A stretch of 64,000 bases of DNA from the human T2T-CHM13v2.0 reference genome, Homo sapiens. The position numbers and the translations under genes were made by a program. Each line of letters opens with the position of its first letter. Position 1 is the first letter of the stretch. Shown one piece after another: positions 1 through 15,862 of the stretch. The notes below the pieces were generated by a model, which saw only the letters and a list, made by a program, of their open reading frames with translations, had not been told where the DNA came from and ran no database searches. Location of the stretch: the NCBI RefSeq assembly GCF_009914755.1, contig NC_060947.1; one strand, given 5' to 3'.

Positions 1-302
1 TTCTGAAAAGCAAAAAGAACAGTCAGCAGATTAAACAGACAAACTACAGAGTGGGAGAAAATCTTCACAATTTATACATCTGACAAGACTAATATCCAGA
101 ATCTACAAGGGACTCAAACAAATTAGCAGGAAAAAAGAAAGAAAGAAAAAAAAAATCCCATCAAAAAGTGGGCTAAGGACATGAATAGACAATCCTCAAA
201 AGAAGATGTACAAATAGCCGGCAAACATATGAAAAAATGCTCAGCATCACTAATGATCAGGGAAGTGCAAATCAAAACCACAGTGCGATACCACCTTACT
301 CC
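1..302 (+). mobile_element. Old L1 (L1PB-like) ORF2 3' region fragment, runs off the window start
   Basis: ORF2 C-terminal DNA with PB-type wording (taatgatcagggaagtgcaaatcaaaaccacagtgcgataccaccttactcc). It ends abruptly at ~302. Confidence 0.7.
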
Positions 303-354
303 CACAGTGCAATAAAAATAAAAAACAATACCACGAAGGCCTCACAAAACAATA

Positions 355-1049
355 TCATTAAAAAGTCAGGAAACAACAGGTGCTGGAGAGGATGTGGAGA
401 AATGGGAACACTTTTACACTGTTGGTGGGACTGGAAACTAGTTCAACCATTGTGGAAGTCAGTGAGGCGATTCCTCCGGGATCTAGAATTAGAAATACCA
501 TTTGACCCAGCCATCCCATTACTGGTTATATACCCAAAGGACTATAAATCATGCTGCTATAAAGACACATGCACACGTATGTTTATTGCAGCACTATTAA
601 CAATAGCAAAGACTTGGAACCAACCCAAATTTCCAACAATCATAGACTGGATTAAGAAAATGTGGCACATATACACCATGGAATACTATGCAGCCATAAA
701 AAATGATGAGTTCATGTCCTTTGTAGGGACATGGATGAAATTGGAAACCATCATTCTCAGTAAACTATCACAAGAACAAAAAACCAAACACCGCATATTC
801 TCACTCATAGGTGGGAATTGAACAATGAGAACACATGGACACAGGAAGGGGAACATCACACTCTGGGGACTGTTGTGGGGTGGGGGACGGGAGAGGGATA
901 GCTTTAGGAGATATACCTAATGCTAAATGACGAGTTAATGGGTGCAGCACACCAGCATGGCACATGTATACATATGTAACTAACCTGCACATTGTGCACA
1001 TGTACCCTAAAACTTAAAGTATAAAAATAATAAAATAAAATAAAATAAC
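355..1049 (+). mobile_element. 5'-truncated L1PA3-like element nested in the older L1
   Basis: ORF2 C-terminus ([16 protein letters not shown]...LIGGN), 3'UTR and A-rich tail. TSD core aacaata at 348-354 and 1050-1056. Confidence 0.9.
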
Positions 1050-1246
1050 AACAATACAATTCTGTGGAAATTCAGCAACCTGCTACTGAATGACTTTCAG
1101 GTAAACAATGAAATTAAAGCAGAAATCAAGAAATTCTTTGAAACCAGTGAAAACAAATAACATACCAGAATCTCTTGGATACAGCAGTGTTAAGAGGAAT
1201 GTTTATACCACTAAATGCCCACATCAAAATGTTAGAAAGATTTTAA

Positions 1247-3119
<1,873 letters not shown>

Positions 3120-6100
3120 AGAAAAACAAGCATAAACCAATCCCAATGCTACCATACCAAAAGAAATAACCAAACTGGGTTTTAAAATGAGTGAAATTGA
3201 GATGTGAAAAAACCATACAGAAGATCAACAAAACTAAAATTTAGCTCTTTGAAGGAATGAATAAGATTGGTAGACTGCTAGATAGACTAATCAAGATAAA
3301 AAAGAGAATATATGAAAAAACACAACCAGAAATGACAAAGTGGCCATTACCACTGACCCCACAGAAATACAAAAAAAAAAAAAAAAAAAAAAACCCTCAG
3401 AGACTATTATGAGCACATCTATGCACACAAACTGGATGACCTCCTAAGATTGAAACAGGAAGGAATTGATACCCTAAACAGACCAATAAAAAGCTTTGAA
3501 ATTAATCAGTAATAAAAAGTGTACAAACCAGAAAATGCCTTGGGCCAGATGAAATCACACCAGATGTTTAAAGGGATGGTGCCAATCCTACTGAAACTAT
3601 TTCAAAAATGGAGAAGGAAGGACTCCTCCCTAACTCATTTTATGAGGCCAGCATCACTCTGATACCAAAACATGGCACAGACAGAACAAAAAAAGAAAAC
3701 TTCAGGCTAATATCCCTAATGAACATTGATGCAAAACTCCTCAACAAAGTACTAGCAAACCAAATCCAGCAGCTACATCACAAAGCTCATCCACCATAAT
3801 CAAGTAGGCCTTATTTCAGGGATGCAAGGTTGGTTAAACATACACAAATCAATATATGTGATTCATCACATCAATGGAACTAAAAACAAAAACCACATGA
3901 TCATCTCAATAGATGCAAAAAAGGCTTTCAATAAAATTCAACATCCCTTCATGTTGAAAACCTCAACTAATTAGGCATTGAAGGAAGATACCTCAAAAAA
4001 ATAAGAGCCATCTCTGACAGACCCACAGCCAACATCATACTGAATGGGCAAAAGCTGGAAACATTCTCCTTGAGAATCTGAAAAAGACAAGGATGCCAAT
4101 TCTCACCATTTCCATTCAAAATAGTATGGGAAGTGCTAACCAGAGCAATAAGGCAAGAAAAAGAGAAAAAAGTGCATCCAAATACGAACAGAAGAAATCA
4201 AACTATCTCTTTTCATAGACAATATGACTTTACACCTAGAAAAGCCCATAGTCTCAGCCCAAAAGCCCCTACGTCTTATAAACAACTTCAGGAAGGTTTT
4301 AGCCTACAAAATCAGTGTACAACAGCATTTCTACACACCAAAAACACCCAAGCTGAGAGCCAAATCAAAAATACAATCCCATTCATAACAGCCTAAGAAA
4401 CCTGGGAAAACAGCTAACTAGGGATGTGAAAGAAATTTTGTACAAAGAAAATTACAAAACACTGCTGAAAGAAATCAGCAACAAGACAAACAAATGGAAA
4501 AACATTCCATGCTCATGGATAGGAAGAATCAATATTGTTAATGTGGCCATACTGCAAAGCAATTTACAAATACAATGCTATTCCTATCAAACTACCAACA
4601 ATATTTTTCACATACTTAGAAAAATCTCTTTGAAAATTCACATGAAACCAGAAAAGAGCTCGAACGGCCAAAACAATGCTAAGCAAAAGAACACAGCTAG
4701 AGGCATCACAATACCTGATTTCAAAGTATATTACAAGATGACACTAACCAAAATAGCATGGTGCTGGTGCAAAAAACAAACACATAGACTAATGGAACAG
4801 AATGGAGAACCCAGAAATAAAATAGCACACTTACAACCATCTGATCTTCAACAAAGTGGAGTAAAACAAGCAATGGGTAAAGGATTCCCTATTCAATAAA
4901 TGGTGCTGTGATTGAAATTGGACCTCTTCCTTTCACCATACACAAAAATTAACTCAAGATGGATTAAGACTTGAATGTAAAACCTAAAACTATAAACACC
5001 CTAAAAGAAAACCTAGGAAGTGCTGTTCTGTACATAGGACATGGAAAAAATTTCATGACAAAGATTCCAAAAACAATACCAAGAAAAGCAAAAACAGGCA
5101 AATGGGACCTAATTAAACTAAAGAGCTTCTGCACAGCAAAATAAACTATCAACAAAGTAAACAGGCGACCTACAAAATGGGAGAATACATTTGCAAATTA
5201 TGCATCTGACAAAGGCCTAATATCCATAATCTGTAAGGAACTTAAATTAACTGGCAAAACACTAAGAACCATGTTAAAAAAATGGGCAGAGGACATGAAC
5301 AGACACTTCTCAAAAGAAGACATATATGCAGCCAACAAACATTTCTAATCATTAGAGAAATACAAATCAAAACCACGAATAGATGCCATCTCATACCACT
5401 CAGAATGACTTTTATTAAGAAGTCAAAAAATAACTGTTGCCAGCAAGATTGTGGTGAAAAGGTAATGCTTATACACTGCTAGTGGAAATGTAAATTAGTT
5501 CAGCCACTGTGGAAAGCAGTTTGGCTATTTCTCAAAGAACTTAAAACAGAGCTACCTTTCAACTCAGCAATCCCATTAATGGGTATATACCCAAAGGAAT
5601 ATAAATAATTCTACCATAAGGACACACACACTCGTATGTTCACTGAAGCACTATTCACAATAGCAAATACATGGAATCAACGTAGATGCCCATCTACAGT
5701 GGACTTGGTAAAGAAAACATGATACGTATGCATGATGGAATACTACATAGCCATAAAAAGGAACAAGGTCATGTACTTTGCAGCAACATGGATGGAGATG
5801 GCAGACATTATAAAAAGGTAATTAATGCAGGAACAGAATACCAAATAATGCATATTCTTTTATAAGTGACAGCTAAACATTGGAGTACACATGTACACAA
5901 AGAGGGGAATAGACACCAGGGCCTACTTGAGGGTGGATGGTGGGAAGAGGGTGAAGATCGAAAAACTGCTTATTGAGTACTATGTTTATTACCTGAGTGA
6001 TGAAATAATCTGTACACCAAACCTTCATGACATGCAATTAACCCATATATGAAACCTGCACAAGTACTAGCTCCACATAAAATAAAAGGTGGAAAGAAAA

Positions 6101-6154
6101 AAATGAAAACGCTGCCCCTCCAGTAAAAAAAAAAAAAAAAAAAAGAAAGAAATG

Positions 6155-7060
6155 CTATACCAATTTCCATACCCACCAACTGTGCATGTGCATAAAACTT
6201 TCTTCATACTCTTGCCAACACAGGGTATTATCAACTTTTTTAAAAATTGACAATCTAAGTGGCTAAAAACATCTCATTATTGTTTACTTTGCATTTGTTA
6301 ACAATTTTTTGTTTTTTGTAGTTTTTTTGAGATGGAGTCTCACTGTCACCCAGGCTGGATTGCAGTAGCACAATCTCTGCCTTCTGGACTCAGGCAATCC
6401 TCACGCCTCAGCCTCCCAAGTAGCTGGGACCACAGGCGCATGCCCCTACACCAGGCTAATTTTTTTTATATTTTTAGTAGAGACAGGGTTTCACCATTTT
6501 GCTCAAGTTGCCCTTGAACTCCTGAGCTCAAGTGATCCGCTTTCCTTGGCCTCCCAATGTGCTGGGGTTACAGGCGTGAGCCACCATACCCGGCCAGCAT
6601 TTGCTAACAGTTAATTAAAGTTAAGACTCAGGTCATTTATATTTTCCTATGAATTTCCAATGTATATCCTTTGTTCATTTTTTTTGTGTGGGTAGAGAGT
6701 GGATTATATTGTATTAGGTAAGAATTTAACTTTGTTATTCCCAAATGAATAGCTGGTTTGCCAAGTGCAATCTAATTTATTTATAAATTAAAGATTATTT
6801 AATTTATTAAGTAATCTATTTTTTCTAATTAATTTTATATGCCACCACATTTATCAAATACAAATCCTCATATATGTGTCTATTTTTGAAATCTCTTATT
6901 TTCTTTAATCTGTTTGTTTAATCATATTTCATTAACACCCTGTTTTTTATCTGTGAATTTATGGTATCTTTTTATGTTTGGAAGAGTAAAACTGTTCATA
7001 TTTATGTTGAAATTACAGTTATACCTTAACTGGGGAAAACTGACATGGTATTAATACTTA
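6155..7060 (-). mobile_element. Ancient, highly diverged L1 (L1ME-like) fragment, interrupted by an Alu
   Basis: Degenerate antisense L1 3' ORF2 wording (cccaccaac...cttgccaacac...atctcattattgttt...gcattt). Boundaries are approximate. Confidence 0.5.
6304..6595 (-). mobile_element. Alu (AluJ-like)
   Basis: Antisense Alu dimer with a T-rich tail. TSD gcatttg(t/c)taaca at 6291-6303 and 6597-6609. Confidence 0.9.
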
Positions 7061-7509
7061 CTTACATAGTTTGAGGACAGAATCAAGCACAAGTGTATCC
7101 TTAATAAATAATATATGGTGATGCCTTCACTACCACCTGGTGATGATACAAATGACCAAAGGTCTCACTTGAAATCCTGCTGTCATGCTGGGAATCAAGC
7201 CAAAAGTTATATGAACAAAAATTCAACTATTACCAAAACTTCACCTCTCATGAATGCTATGTTTTCAGCGAAGACAAATTGCTCACAAATTACACAATCT
7301 TGTGCAAATCAAGACTTCTGTGCCTTTTGCTTATGCTGTTTCTTGTATCTAGAGTATCCCATCTTTTCTTTTCCCAGCAAATTTTTATTTATCTATCAGA
7401 ACTCATTCCATTCTGTCCCTTGTCTGTTATGATTTCTCTAATAGGCAATTATTTTTCGTGGAACCTATGAAATAAACCATTAAACTATCTTTTCGTTTGT
7501 TATTTTTAA

Positions 7510-8890
7510 CTATAGGATTTTATCCCTACCATTTCACTGAAATGGGCTTGTCAAGTTCACCAATAACCTCCAAGTTACTAAATCCAGTAGTAAAATTTCA
7601 GTCCTCACCTTACTCAAAATTATATGTAGCAAAAGATAGTTTTAGTCATTCATTTTCTTGGAAACAGTTTCTTTATGTTACTTCTGGCTTCCTATGCTCT
7701 CTTGGTTTTCCTCCTACCTCTCTGGCTCTGGTTTCTTTACTGAATCTTCCATATCTCATCCAACTCTAAACTTTGGAGTGATACAAGGATCAATCTTCGG
7801 AGCTTGTTTCTTTGTATGCTCGCTTTTTAGGTACTATCCTCCACTCCTATGCCTTCACATGCCATCTAAATGTCAACTATTCTTAAGTTGTATATACCCA
7901 GCTAAAACCATACCCCTGAAATTATAACATATATCTAACCACCTACTTGATATCTTTACTTGGATATCTGTTAGGCATCTCAAACTTAACATGTCCCAAA
8001 CTTAAGTCTTCTTCCCCACCCTTTATCACCAAACCTACTTAACCTTCATTCTTCTCCATTTCAAATAATGACAATTCCATCTTTTCATTTGGCAAGGCCC
8101 AAAACCTTGAGGTCATCTCTTGGAAGTCTCTGTGACACTCTACATCCTATCCAACAGCATACTGAGGAAATTCTGCCTTTGGAACATGATCTCAACACCT
8201 CTAACATTACTACTGTGATGCAAGCTACCATAATCTTTCATCTGGATTAATGCAATAGCTGATTTAGTGGTCTTTTTGCTTGTCCCTGGCCTAACGTGAC
8301 ACTTTAAAAATATGGATCAGACATTGTCACTCCTCTCTTTGTAACCTTTTAATTGCTTTCTGTCTCATGCACAATAAAAGTCAAAGCCTGATCATGACCT
8401 CCAAGGCCTTATGCACTCTGGGCTTCTGCTACCTCTCTGACCTCATCTTTTGCGACTCTTCCCTTTTCTGTCTGTGATTTTGCCACACTGGTCCCCTCAC
8501 TGTTCCTGGAATGTACCAGACATGCTCTCGTCTCAGGCCCCTTTCATTAGTTATTCCCTCTGCTTAAAACATTTCTTCTAGATTGTCCTATGTCTTTCTC
8601 AGTTATCTCCTTTATGTCTCTGCTTAAATGCTACTTTCTTTAAAAAGCCTTCCTTCATTAAAATAGCAGCCCCTAATCACTCACTGTCTTTTACCTTGCT
8701 TTTATTTAACATTATCTGACCTTAGATATTTGTTTATGTGTTTATATCTATCTCCCCAACTTGAATGAAGGTAACACAAGGACAGGGATTTATTTTTCTT
8801 ATTCACTAATATGTCTGCCAGTGTCTAGAATAGTGCCTGAGACATAGTAGGCATTCAAAGAAGATATGATAGATGAACAAATGAATGAGT
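7510..8890 (+). mobile_element. L2 (L2a-like) 3' portion
   Basis: Typical L2 text (acctacttgatatctttacttggatatctgttaggcatctcaaacttaacatgtccc) and L2 terminus (tagtgcctgagacatagtaggcattcaa...atgaatga). Confidence 0.8.
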
Positions 8891-9149
8891 GGCATATGTA
8901 ATAGACACCCTTATTTCATCCCACTTTCCCTTTCACATCCCTGAACTTAATTCCATTACCAAGTTTCACCCCAACCCTTACCATTCTTTACTTCCTCCCA
9001 TTTCTGATCCTATGAGGTAAATCTCAGTGATGGAATGAGAGTCATGAATGGGTGTTATGTATGTCTCTTGAAAATAAGACAGGGAGAAAGAAAAATTTTA
9101 TACTTTGTTGCAACCATTTAAACAATCTTGTCAATCTTGAGCTGCTTTG

Positions 9150-9205
9150 ATAAGTTCAGTGCCTGATATATAGTAGAACTTCAATAAATGTTTATTGAAT
9201 GAATA
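9150..9205 (+). mobile_element. L2 3' terminal fragment
   Basis: cagtgcctgatatatagtagaacttcaataaatgtttattgaatgaat. Confidence 0.6.
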
Positions 9206-9796
9206 ATAGAATAAAAATCCACGGGGTGAAATCTATCCAAGATAAGTGTCAAGTTCTATAGTTGGAAACATTGAGTCAAGTATGGTATTACAAAATATGG
9301 GAAACCCAGAATTCATGAAAAACAACAACAAAAAGGGATTTCGTTCAATCACTAATTCAATATGACCCAACACTGGTGATGTAACTGCCAAGATTATTCA
9401 ATCAGTAGTGAACAGTTTCTTCACCAAATAGTCTGGGGCAACTGGATATCCCCATACAAAAGAATGTAGTGTATCTTACTTCTTACCATATACAAATATT
9501 AACTTAAAGTAAATTAAAGACTAAAATATAAGAGCTAAAACAGGAACTCATAGGAGAAAATATAGGGGTATATTTTCATGACCTTGCATTTGGGATTGGA
9601 TTTTTACATATAACACCAAAAGCACAAACAAAGAAAAAACAAATAAATTGAACATCATCAAAATTAAAAACTTTTGTGCATCAGTGGGCATCATCAAGAA
9701 AGTGAAAAGGCAACCTGTAGAATAAAAGAAAATATTTGCAAATCATATACCTGATAAGGATCTAGTATCAGAATACATAAAGAACACTTTTCTTTC

Positions 9797-10443
<647 letters not shown>

Positions 10444-11015
10444 TAAAAACTCAACAAAAGAAAGACAAACAAGCCACTTAAAATATGGGCAAAGGATTTG
10501 AAGAGACGTTTTTCCAAAGATATGCAAATGGCCAACAAGCACATGAAAAGATGCTCAACATCACTAGGCATTAAGGAAATGCAAATCAAAGTCATAGTGT
10601 GATACTACTTCACACCAACTAGATTGGAAAATAACAAGTGTTGATGAGAATATAGAGAAATTGGAACCCTCATCCACTGATGTTGGGAAAGTAAAATGAT
10701 ACACCTACTGTGGAAAACTGTGGAAAATAGTTTGGAAGTCTCAAAAAGCTACAGTTACCGGATGGTCCAGCTATTTCACTCCCAGTTACATACCCAGAAG
10801 AATTGAAAACAAATGTTCAAATAAATTCTTGTACACAAATGTACATAGCACTATTCGCAATAACCAAAAAGTAGAACCAACACAAATATCCATCAACAGA
10901 TGAAAAGATAAACAAAATGTGATATATCCAAACAATGGAATATTATTCCGTTATATAGAGGAATGAAATACTGTTACATACTACAACATGAATGAACCTT
11001 AAAAACATTGTGCTA

Positions 11016-11086
11016 CATGTATACATATGTAACAAACCTGCATGTTGTGCACATGTACCCTAAAACTTAAAATATAATAAAAAAAG
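11016..11086 (+). mobile_element. ~70 bp L1PA 3' terminal stub
   Basis: catgtatacatatgtaacaaacctgc...taccctaaaacttaaaatataataaaa. TSD aacattgtgcta at 11004-11015 and 11087-11098. Confidence 0.88.
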
Positions 11087-11100
11087 AACATTGTGCTAAT

Positions 11101-12814
11101 GAGTGAACAGGCAACCTACAGAATGGGAGAAAGTTTTTTCAATCTATCCATCTGACAAAGGGCTAACATCCAGAATCTACAAAGAACTCAAACAAATTTA
11201 CAAGAAAAAAAAAAACATCAAAAAGTGGGTAAAGGATATGAACAGATACTTCTCAAAAGAAGACATTTATGCAGCCGACAAACAAATGAAAGAAAGCCCA
11301 TCATCACTGGTTATTAGAGAAATACACATCAAAACCACAATGAGATACCATCTTATGCCAGTTAGAATGGTGATCATTAAAAAGTCAGGAAACAACAGAT
11401 GCTGGAGAGGATGGGGAAAAATAGAAACGTTTTTACACTGTTGGTGGGAGTGTAAATTAGCTCAATCATTTTGGAAGACAGTGTGGCAATTCCTCAAGGA
11501 TCTAGAACTAGAAATACCATTTGACCCAGCAATCCCATTACTGGGTATATACCCAAAGGATTATAAATCATTCTACTATAAAGACACATGCACACATATG
11601 TTTATTGTGGCACTGTTAACAATAGCAAAGACTTAGAACCAACTCAAATGCCCATCAATGATAGACTGGATAAAGAAAGTGCAGCACATATACACCATGG
11701 AATACTATGCAGCCATAAAAAACAATGAGTTCATGTTCTTTGCAGAGACATGGATGAAGCTGGAAACCATCATTCTCAGGAAACTAACACAAGAACAGAA
11801 AATCAAACACCACATATTCTCACTCATAAGGGGTAGTTGAACAATGAGAGCACATGGACACAGGGAGGGGAACATCACACGCTGGGGCCTGTCTGGATGT
11901 GGGGGGATTAGGGGATGGATAGCATTAGGAGAAATACCTAATGTAGATGACGGGCTGTTGGGTGCAGCAAACCACCATGGCATGTGTATACCTGTGTAAC
12001 AAACCTGCACGTTCTGCACATATACCCCAGAACTTAAAGTATAATAAAAAAAAAAAGAAGAAGAAGAGAAAAAGAGGTACAAGATAGTCTGTGAAAAGTG
12101 TTCAAGATTCTACCCAGATGGGAGGAATTTTTCAGTGTTCAAAACATTATCTAAAACAATTCTGCTGTGAAAAAGGTTTAAAACACATATTTTCTTTCGT
12201 TATATGAATAGAGACATAGTCCTAGGGTATCTTTAAACAGAAAGCACAATTCAACTTTAAGTTGTACTCTAAGAACTTCCAAAATCTCAGCGCCAGTAGC
12301 AGTTGCTGTTGTCCCTGGGTGAGTGTATGACTATGGGAATGCCCGTAGGGAGTTTGATCAAGATTCCATTTTAGGTGGCCTGGTGGAAGAAAGAAGAAGG
12401 TATTGTGAAAAAGGAAATTGTATAATAGCATCATGTTATTAGACACATCAGAATGTGGCATATTGCACCAGTCATCATATAATCAGGGGGAAATGGAGAG
12501 GAGAAACAGACTTTCATAGGGCAGGATTTGAAGAGAAGGAGCCTAAGGCTTGGAACTGCTGCTAGTGGTGACGGAAAGAGCATAAAAGAAAGTTTTCCAT
12601 TCTGTACATCTCACCTGTGCTGAATGAAATTCAACTGTAAGGAGAATTTCTGGGAAAGATTGATTTGACTATAGTGTAATATTGTGGCATCTTAAAAGGG
12701 GCTTTTAACTCTTACAGATACTTCTAGACTTGAAGTCTTATATATTTTAGAATAAAAGAAATCTGATGGGATTTGTGCAAAAACAAAAAACAAAACAAAA
12801 CAAAACAAAAAATA
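11101..12814 (+). mobile_element. 5'-truncated L1PA7-like element with ~720 bp 3' transduction
   Basis: L1 body 11101-~12060 with its own poly(A), then non-L1 sequence, AATAAA at 12751-12756, a second A-rich tail at 12779-12814, and TSD aaaaacattgtgctaa at 12815-12830. Confidence 0.9.
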
Positions 12815-13020
12815 AAAAACATTGTGCTAACGAAAGAAACCAGCGACAAAAGGTCACGTATTTCATTATTTCATTTATATGAAATATCAAGAACAGGAAA
12901 ACCTATAGAAATACAAAGGAAATTAAGAGTTGCCAGTGGGTGGGGTTAGAGAAGGGTAAGCAGTGACTACTTAAATGGTATAAGGTTTATTTTTGGTGTG
13001 ATGAAAACTTTTTGAAACTA

Positions 13021-13319
<299 letters not shown>

Positions 13320-13879
13320 AAACTAGAGAGAAGCAATGGTTGCACAACATTTTGGATGTACTAAATGTCACTCTAATTATACACTTTTAAGTAGTTATTT
13401 TTGTGTTATGTGAATTTTACCTCAATAAAAATGTTTGGGCATATGCTACATGCTGTGCACACCTCACAGATATGCATGCACACCCTCAGAAATTAATAAT
13501 GCACTTTTGGTATTAATTGTTCCTTGAGCAGGAATTCAAAGAATTAAAAGATAATTTAAAACCCTACATAATAAAGCAAAATATGAATAACTTAAAATTA
13601 GGCCCTAATTCTTCCAATTATTCTTCCTTTTCTTTACTGTTGTGTTCTCCTACTCATAAAAATTACAGAACTCATTAACCAACTCTACGTCTCTGTTGTT
13701 GGTGAGTTTATACCATTTCTTAAGAATAAAAATACATTCGAACTTTAAAACAAAGGATCCTACACGAGCTTTAAAAAAAAAAATAGAGAAATACACCATA
13801 ACTATACTCTATGCTCCCTATGAAGTAGAAGTAGCAAAAGGAAAACATGATAATGGCTCTGTGGATTTTGTAAGAAATG

Positions 13880-14237
13880 TGTATTAGTCTGTTCTCACGC
13901 TGCTAATAATTAAAGACATACTCAAGACTGGGTAATTTACAAAGGAAAGAGGTTTAATGGACTCACAGTTCCACATGGCTGGGGAGGCCTCACAATCATG
14001 GCAGAAGATAAAGAAAAAGCCAAGGGGTATCTTACATGGTGGCAGGCAAGAGGGCATGTGCAGGGGAACGCCCCTTTATAAAACCGTCAGATCTCTTGAG
14101 ACTTATTCACTACCAGGAGAACAGTATGGGGAAAACTGCCCCATGATTCACTTATGTCCACCTGGCCCAGCCCTTGACACTGGAGATTATTACAATTCAG
14201 GATGAGATTTGGGTGGAGACACAGCCAAACTATATCA
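13880..14237 (-). mobile_element. THE1 (THE1C/D-like) MaLR solo LTR
   Basis: Termini tgtattagtc...gccaaactatatca, typical internal text (ggactcacagttccacatggctggggaggcctcacaatcatgg), and a 5-bp TSD aaatg at 13875-13879 and 14238-14242. Confidence 0.92.
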
Positions 14238-14299
14238 AAATGGAAGGCTTGTGAAATGTAAATATTGATTCATTTACCAAAGGCAGCATCTATAAGCCC

Positions 14300-14664
14300 A
14301 GACCCATGAAGGGCTTCATAGCCCATATAAAGGGTTTTCATTTTATTCAAAATATAATGGAAGGCTGTGGGTAAATGAAAATTAAACTGTTGGGAGCAAG
14401 AATAGAAGCAGAAAGACCAGTGAAGGAGTGGTTACATTAGTTCCAACAACAGATGTTGAGTCCTAGAACTAGAGTGGTAGTGGAATCAATGAAGAGAATG
14501 GGGCATTTTTATATCTATAATATCTGAATAGTGACACCTGATGTCTATATCTATGTCGGATATTTAGATATAAAAGTCTGGAACATAGAAGAGAGGTCAG
14601 GGATAGAAATTTAGATTTGGCATTCATCTAATGTTATTGCATGAGATTCAAAGGGAGAGGGTAT
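14300..14664 (-). mobile_element. L2 fragment
   Basis: Purine-rich antisense L2-like text (ctggaacatagaagagaggtcagggatagaaatttagatttgg). Degenerate. Confidence 0.5.
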
Positions 14665-14679
14665 AAAGCAGAGGGTTGA

Positions 14680-14965
14680 CATGTTCTTACATGTAAGTGG
14701 GAGCTAAGCATTGGGTACACATGGACATAAAAATGAGAACAATAGACACTGAAGACTACTAGAAAGTGGAGGGGGGAGTGGGACAAGGGCTGAAAAGCTA
14801 CCTATTGGGCACTATGCTCACTGCCTGCCTGATAGGATCATTTGTACCCCAAACCTCAGCATCAAACAATACACCCAACCAACAAACCTGCACATATACG
14901 CCCTGAATCTAAAATAGAAGTTGAAAGTGTAAAACAAAAAAAGAAATGCAAAAAAGCAAAATAAA
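14680..14965 (+). mobile_element. Old L1 3' end (L1PA16/L1PB-like)
   Basis: 3'UTR text (gctacctattgggcactatgctcac...cccaaacctcagcatc) and A-tail. TSD aaag(c/a)agag(g/t)gttga at 14665-14679 and 14966-14980. Confidence 0.8.
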
Positions 14966-15019
14966 AAAGAAGAGTGTTGAAACGTGGGTGGTGTGCAGGT
15001 TCAAAATGTCTCAAAGATA

Positions 15020-15130
15020 CACCTAAAAATTGAGTTATTTGCTAATGTTAAAAATTATCAAATATTTCACAAAGGTCCAGATTTCTGATTTCTCCTAGAA
15101 AATCCAAAGATCTGGCAATAGTGGGGCTCA
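15020..15130. mobile_element. Possible MER102-like DNA transposon remnant
   Basis: ccagatttctgatttctcctagaaaatccaaagatctggcaa resembles a recalled MER102 segment. Short and unverified. Confidence 0.35.
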
Positions 15131-15761
15131 AATCTCACTAACCCCTTAAGAAAAGCCCCCTCCCAATTTTCCCCTTTAGAGTCACAGAGACACCATTTTT
15201 CTGATTCTCTAAGGCATAAATACCTTAGAGAAGCCTTTGCTTTTTTACATTTTTATAAACTTTAGAGACTTCTATTAATTTTTTAAATGCTGAGTACTTC
15301 ATGTAATTCAAAAGATGTATTGTTAAGCACTGGGTTCACCAAATATCTTTGCTCTACTTGAATGTTGGGCAGGAGGTCCACTTGGAGTAAAGACTCAGTC
15401 TTCTCTGTTGTACATAGCCCTGGAACATGAACTGATTTTAAATTTTACAATCTCTTCAAGTCAAATGGCCATGTACAAAATGTCTTCCTTAGCCCTAGGC
15501 TGACGGCAAGGTCATCCTGACTTAGCTATGGGTGAACAGAAAGGAGAAGGAGATAGAGCCTTTAGTGAAGGTTCCTTAACACCTTCACCTCAGATGAAGT
15601 TCATAATAGATGAATCTGGAGCTTTATTTCCAGAAAAGTAGATGTTTTTCTCCCTGCCCTAACCTTAGCCCACCACAACCCACTCCTACTGACATGGATG
15701 CTTATTTTTTAAAATTCACAATAATTTTAAGAACTTAAATGCTGCTTTGATGTCATTTTTA

Positions 15762-15862
15762 TGTGAAAGCTATCTGAAGGCAAAGAAGCTTTGGTATTTA
15801 CATTAACTCCAGCACCTGGTACAACACCTGGGATGTAGTGTGTATTTTGTCAAATGAGTAAT
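15762..15862 (+). mobile_element. L2 3' terminal fragment
   Basis: tgtgaaagctatctgaaggca...ccagcacctggtacaacacctgggatgtag...gtcaaatgagt. Confidence 0.45.

Noticed and set aside
237-821. 194-aa chimeric ORF
   Set aside because: Accidental read-through across three L1 pieces, with a non-ATG start and no promoter evidence.
7128-7143. CTCF-like motif (tcaccaggtggtagtg on the minus strand)
   Set aside because: Imperfect single match; not supportable without ChIP data.
15569-15592. 8-bp inverted repeat gtgaaggt/accttcac as a pre-miRNA
   Set aside because: Stem far too short; chance level.
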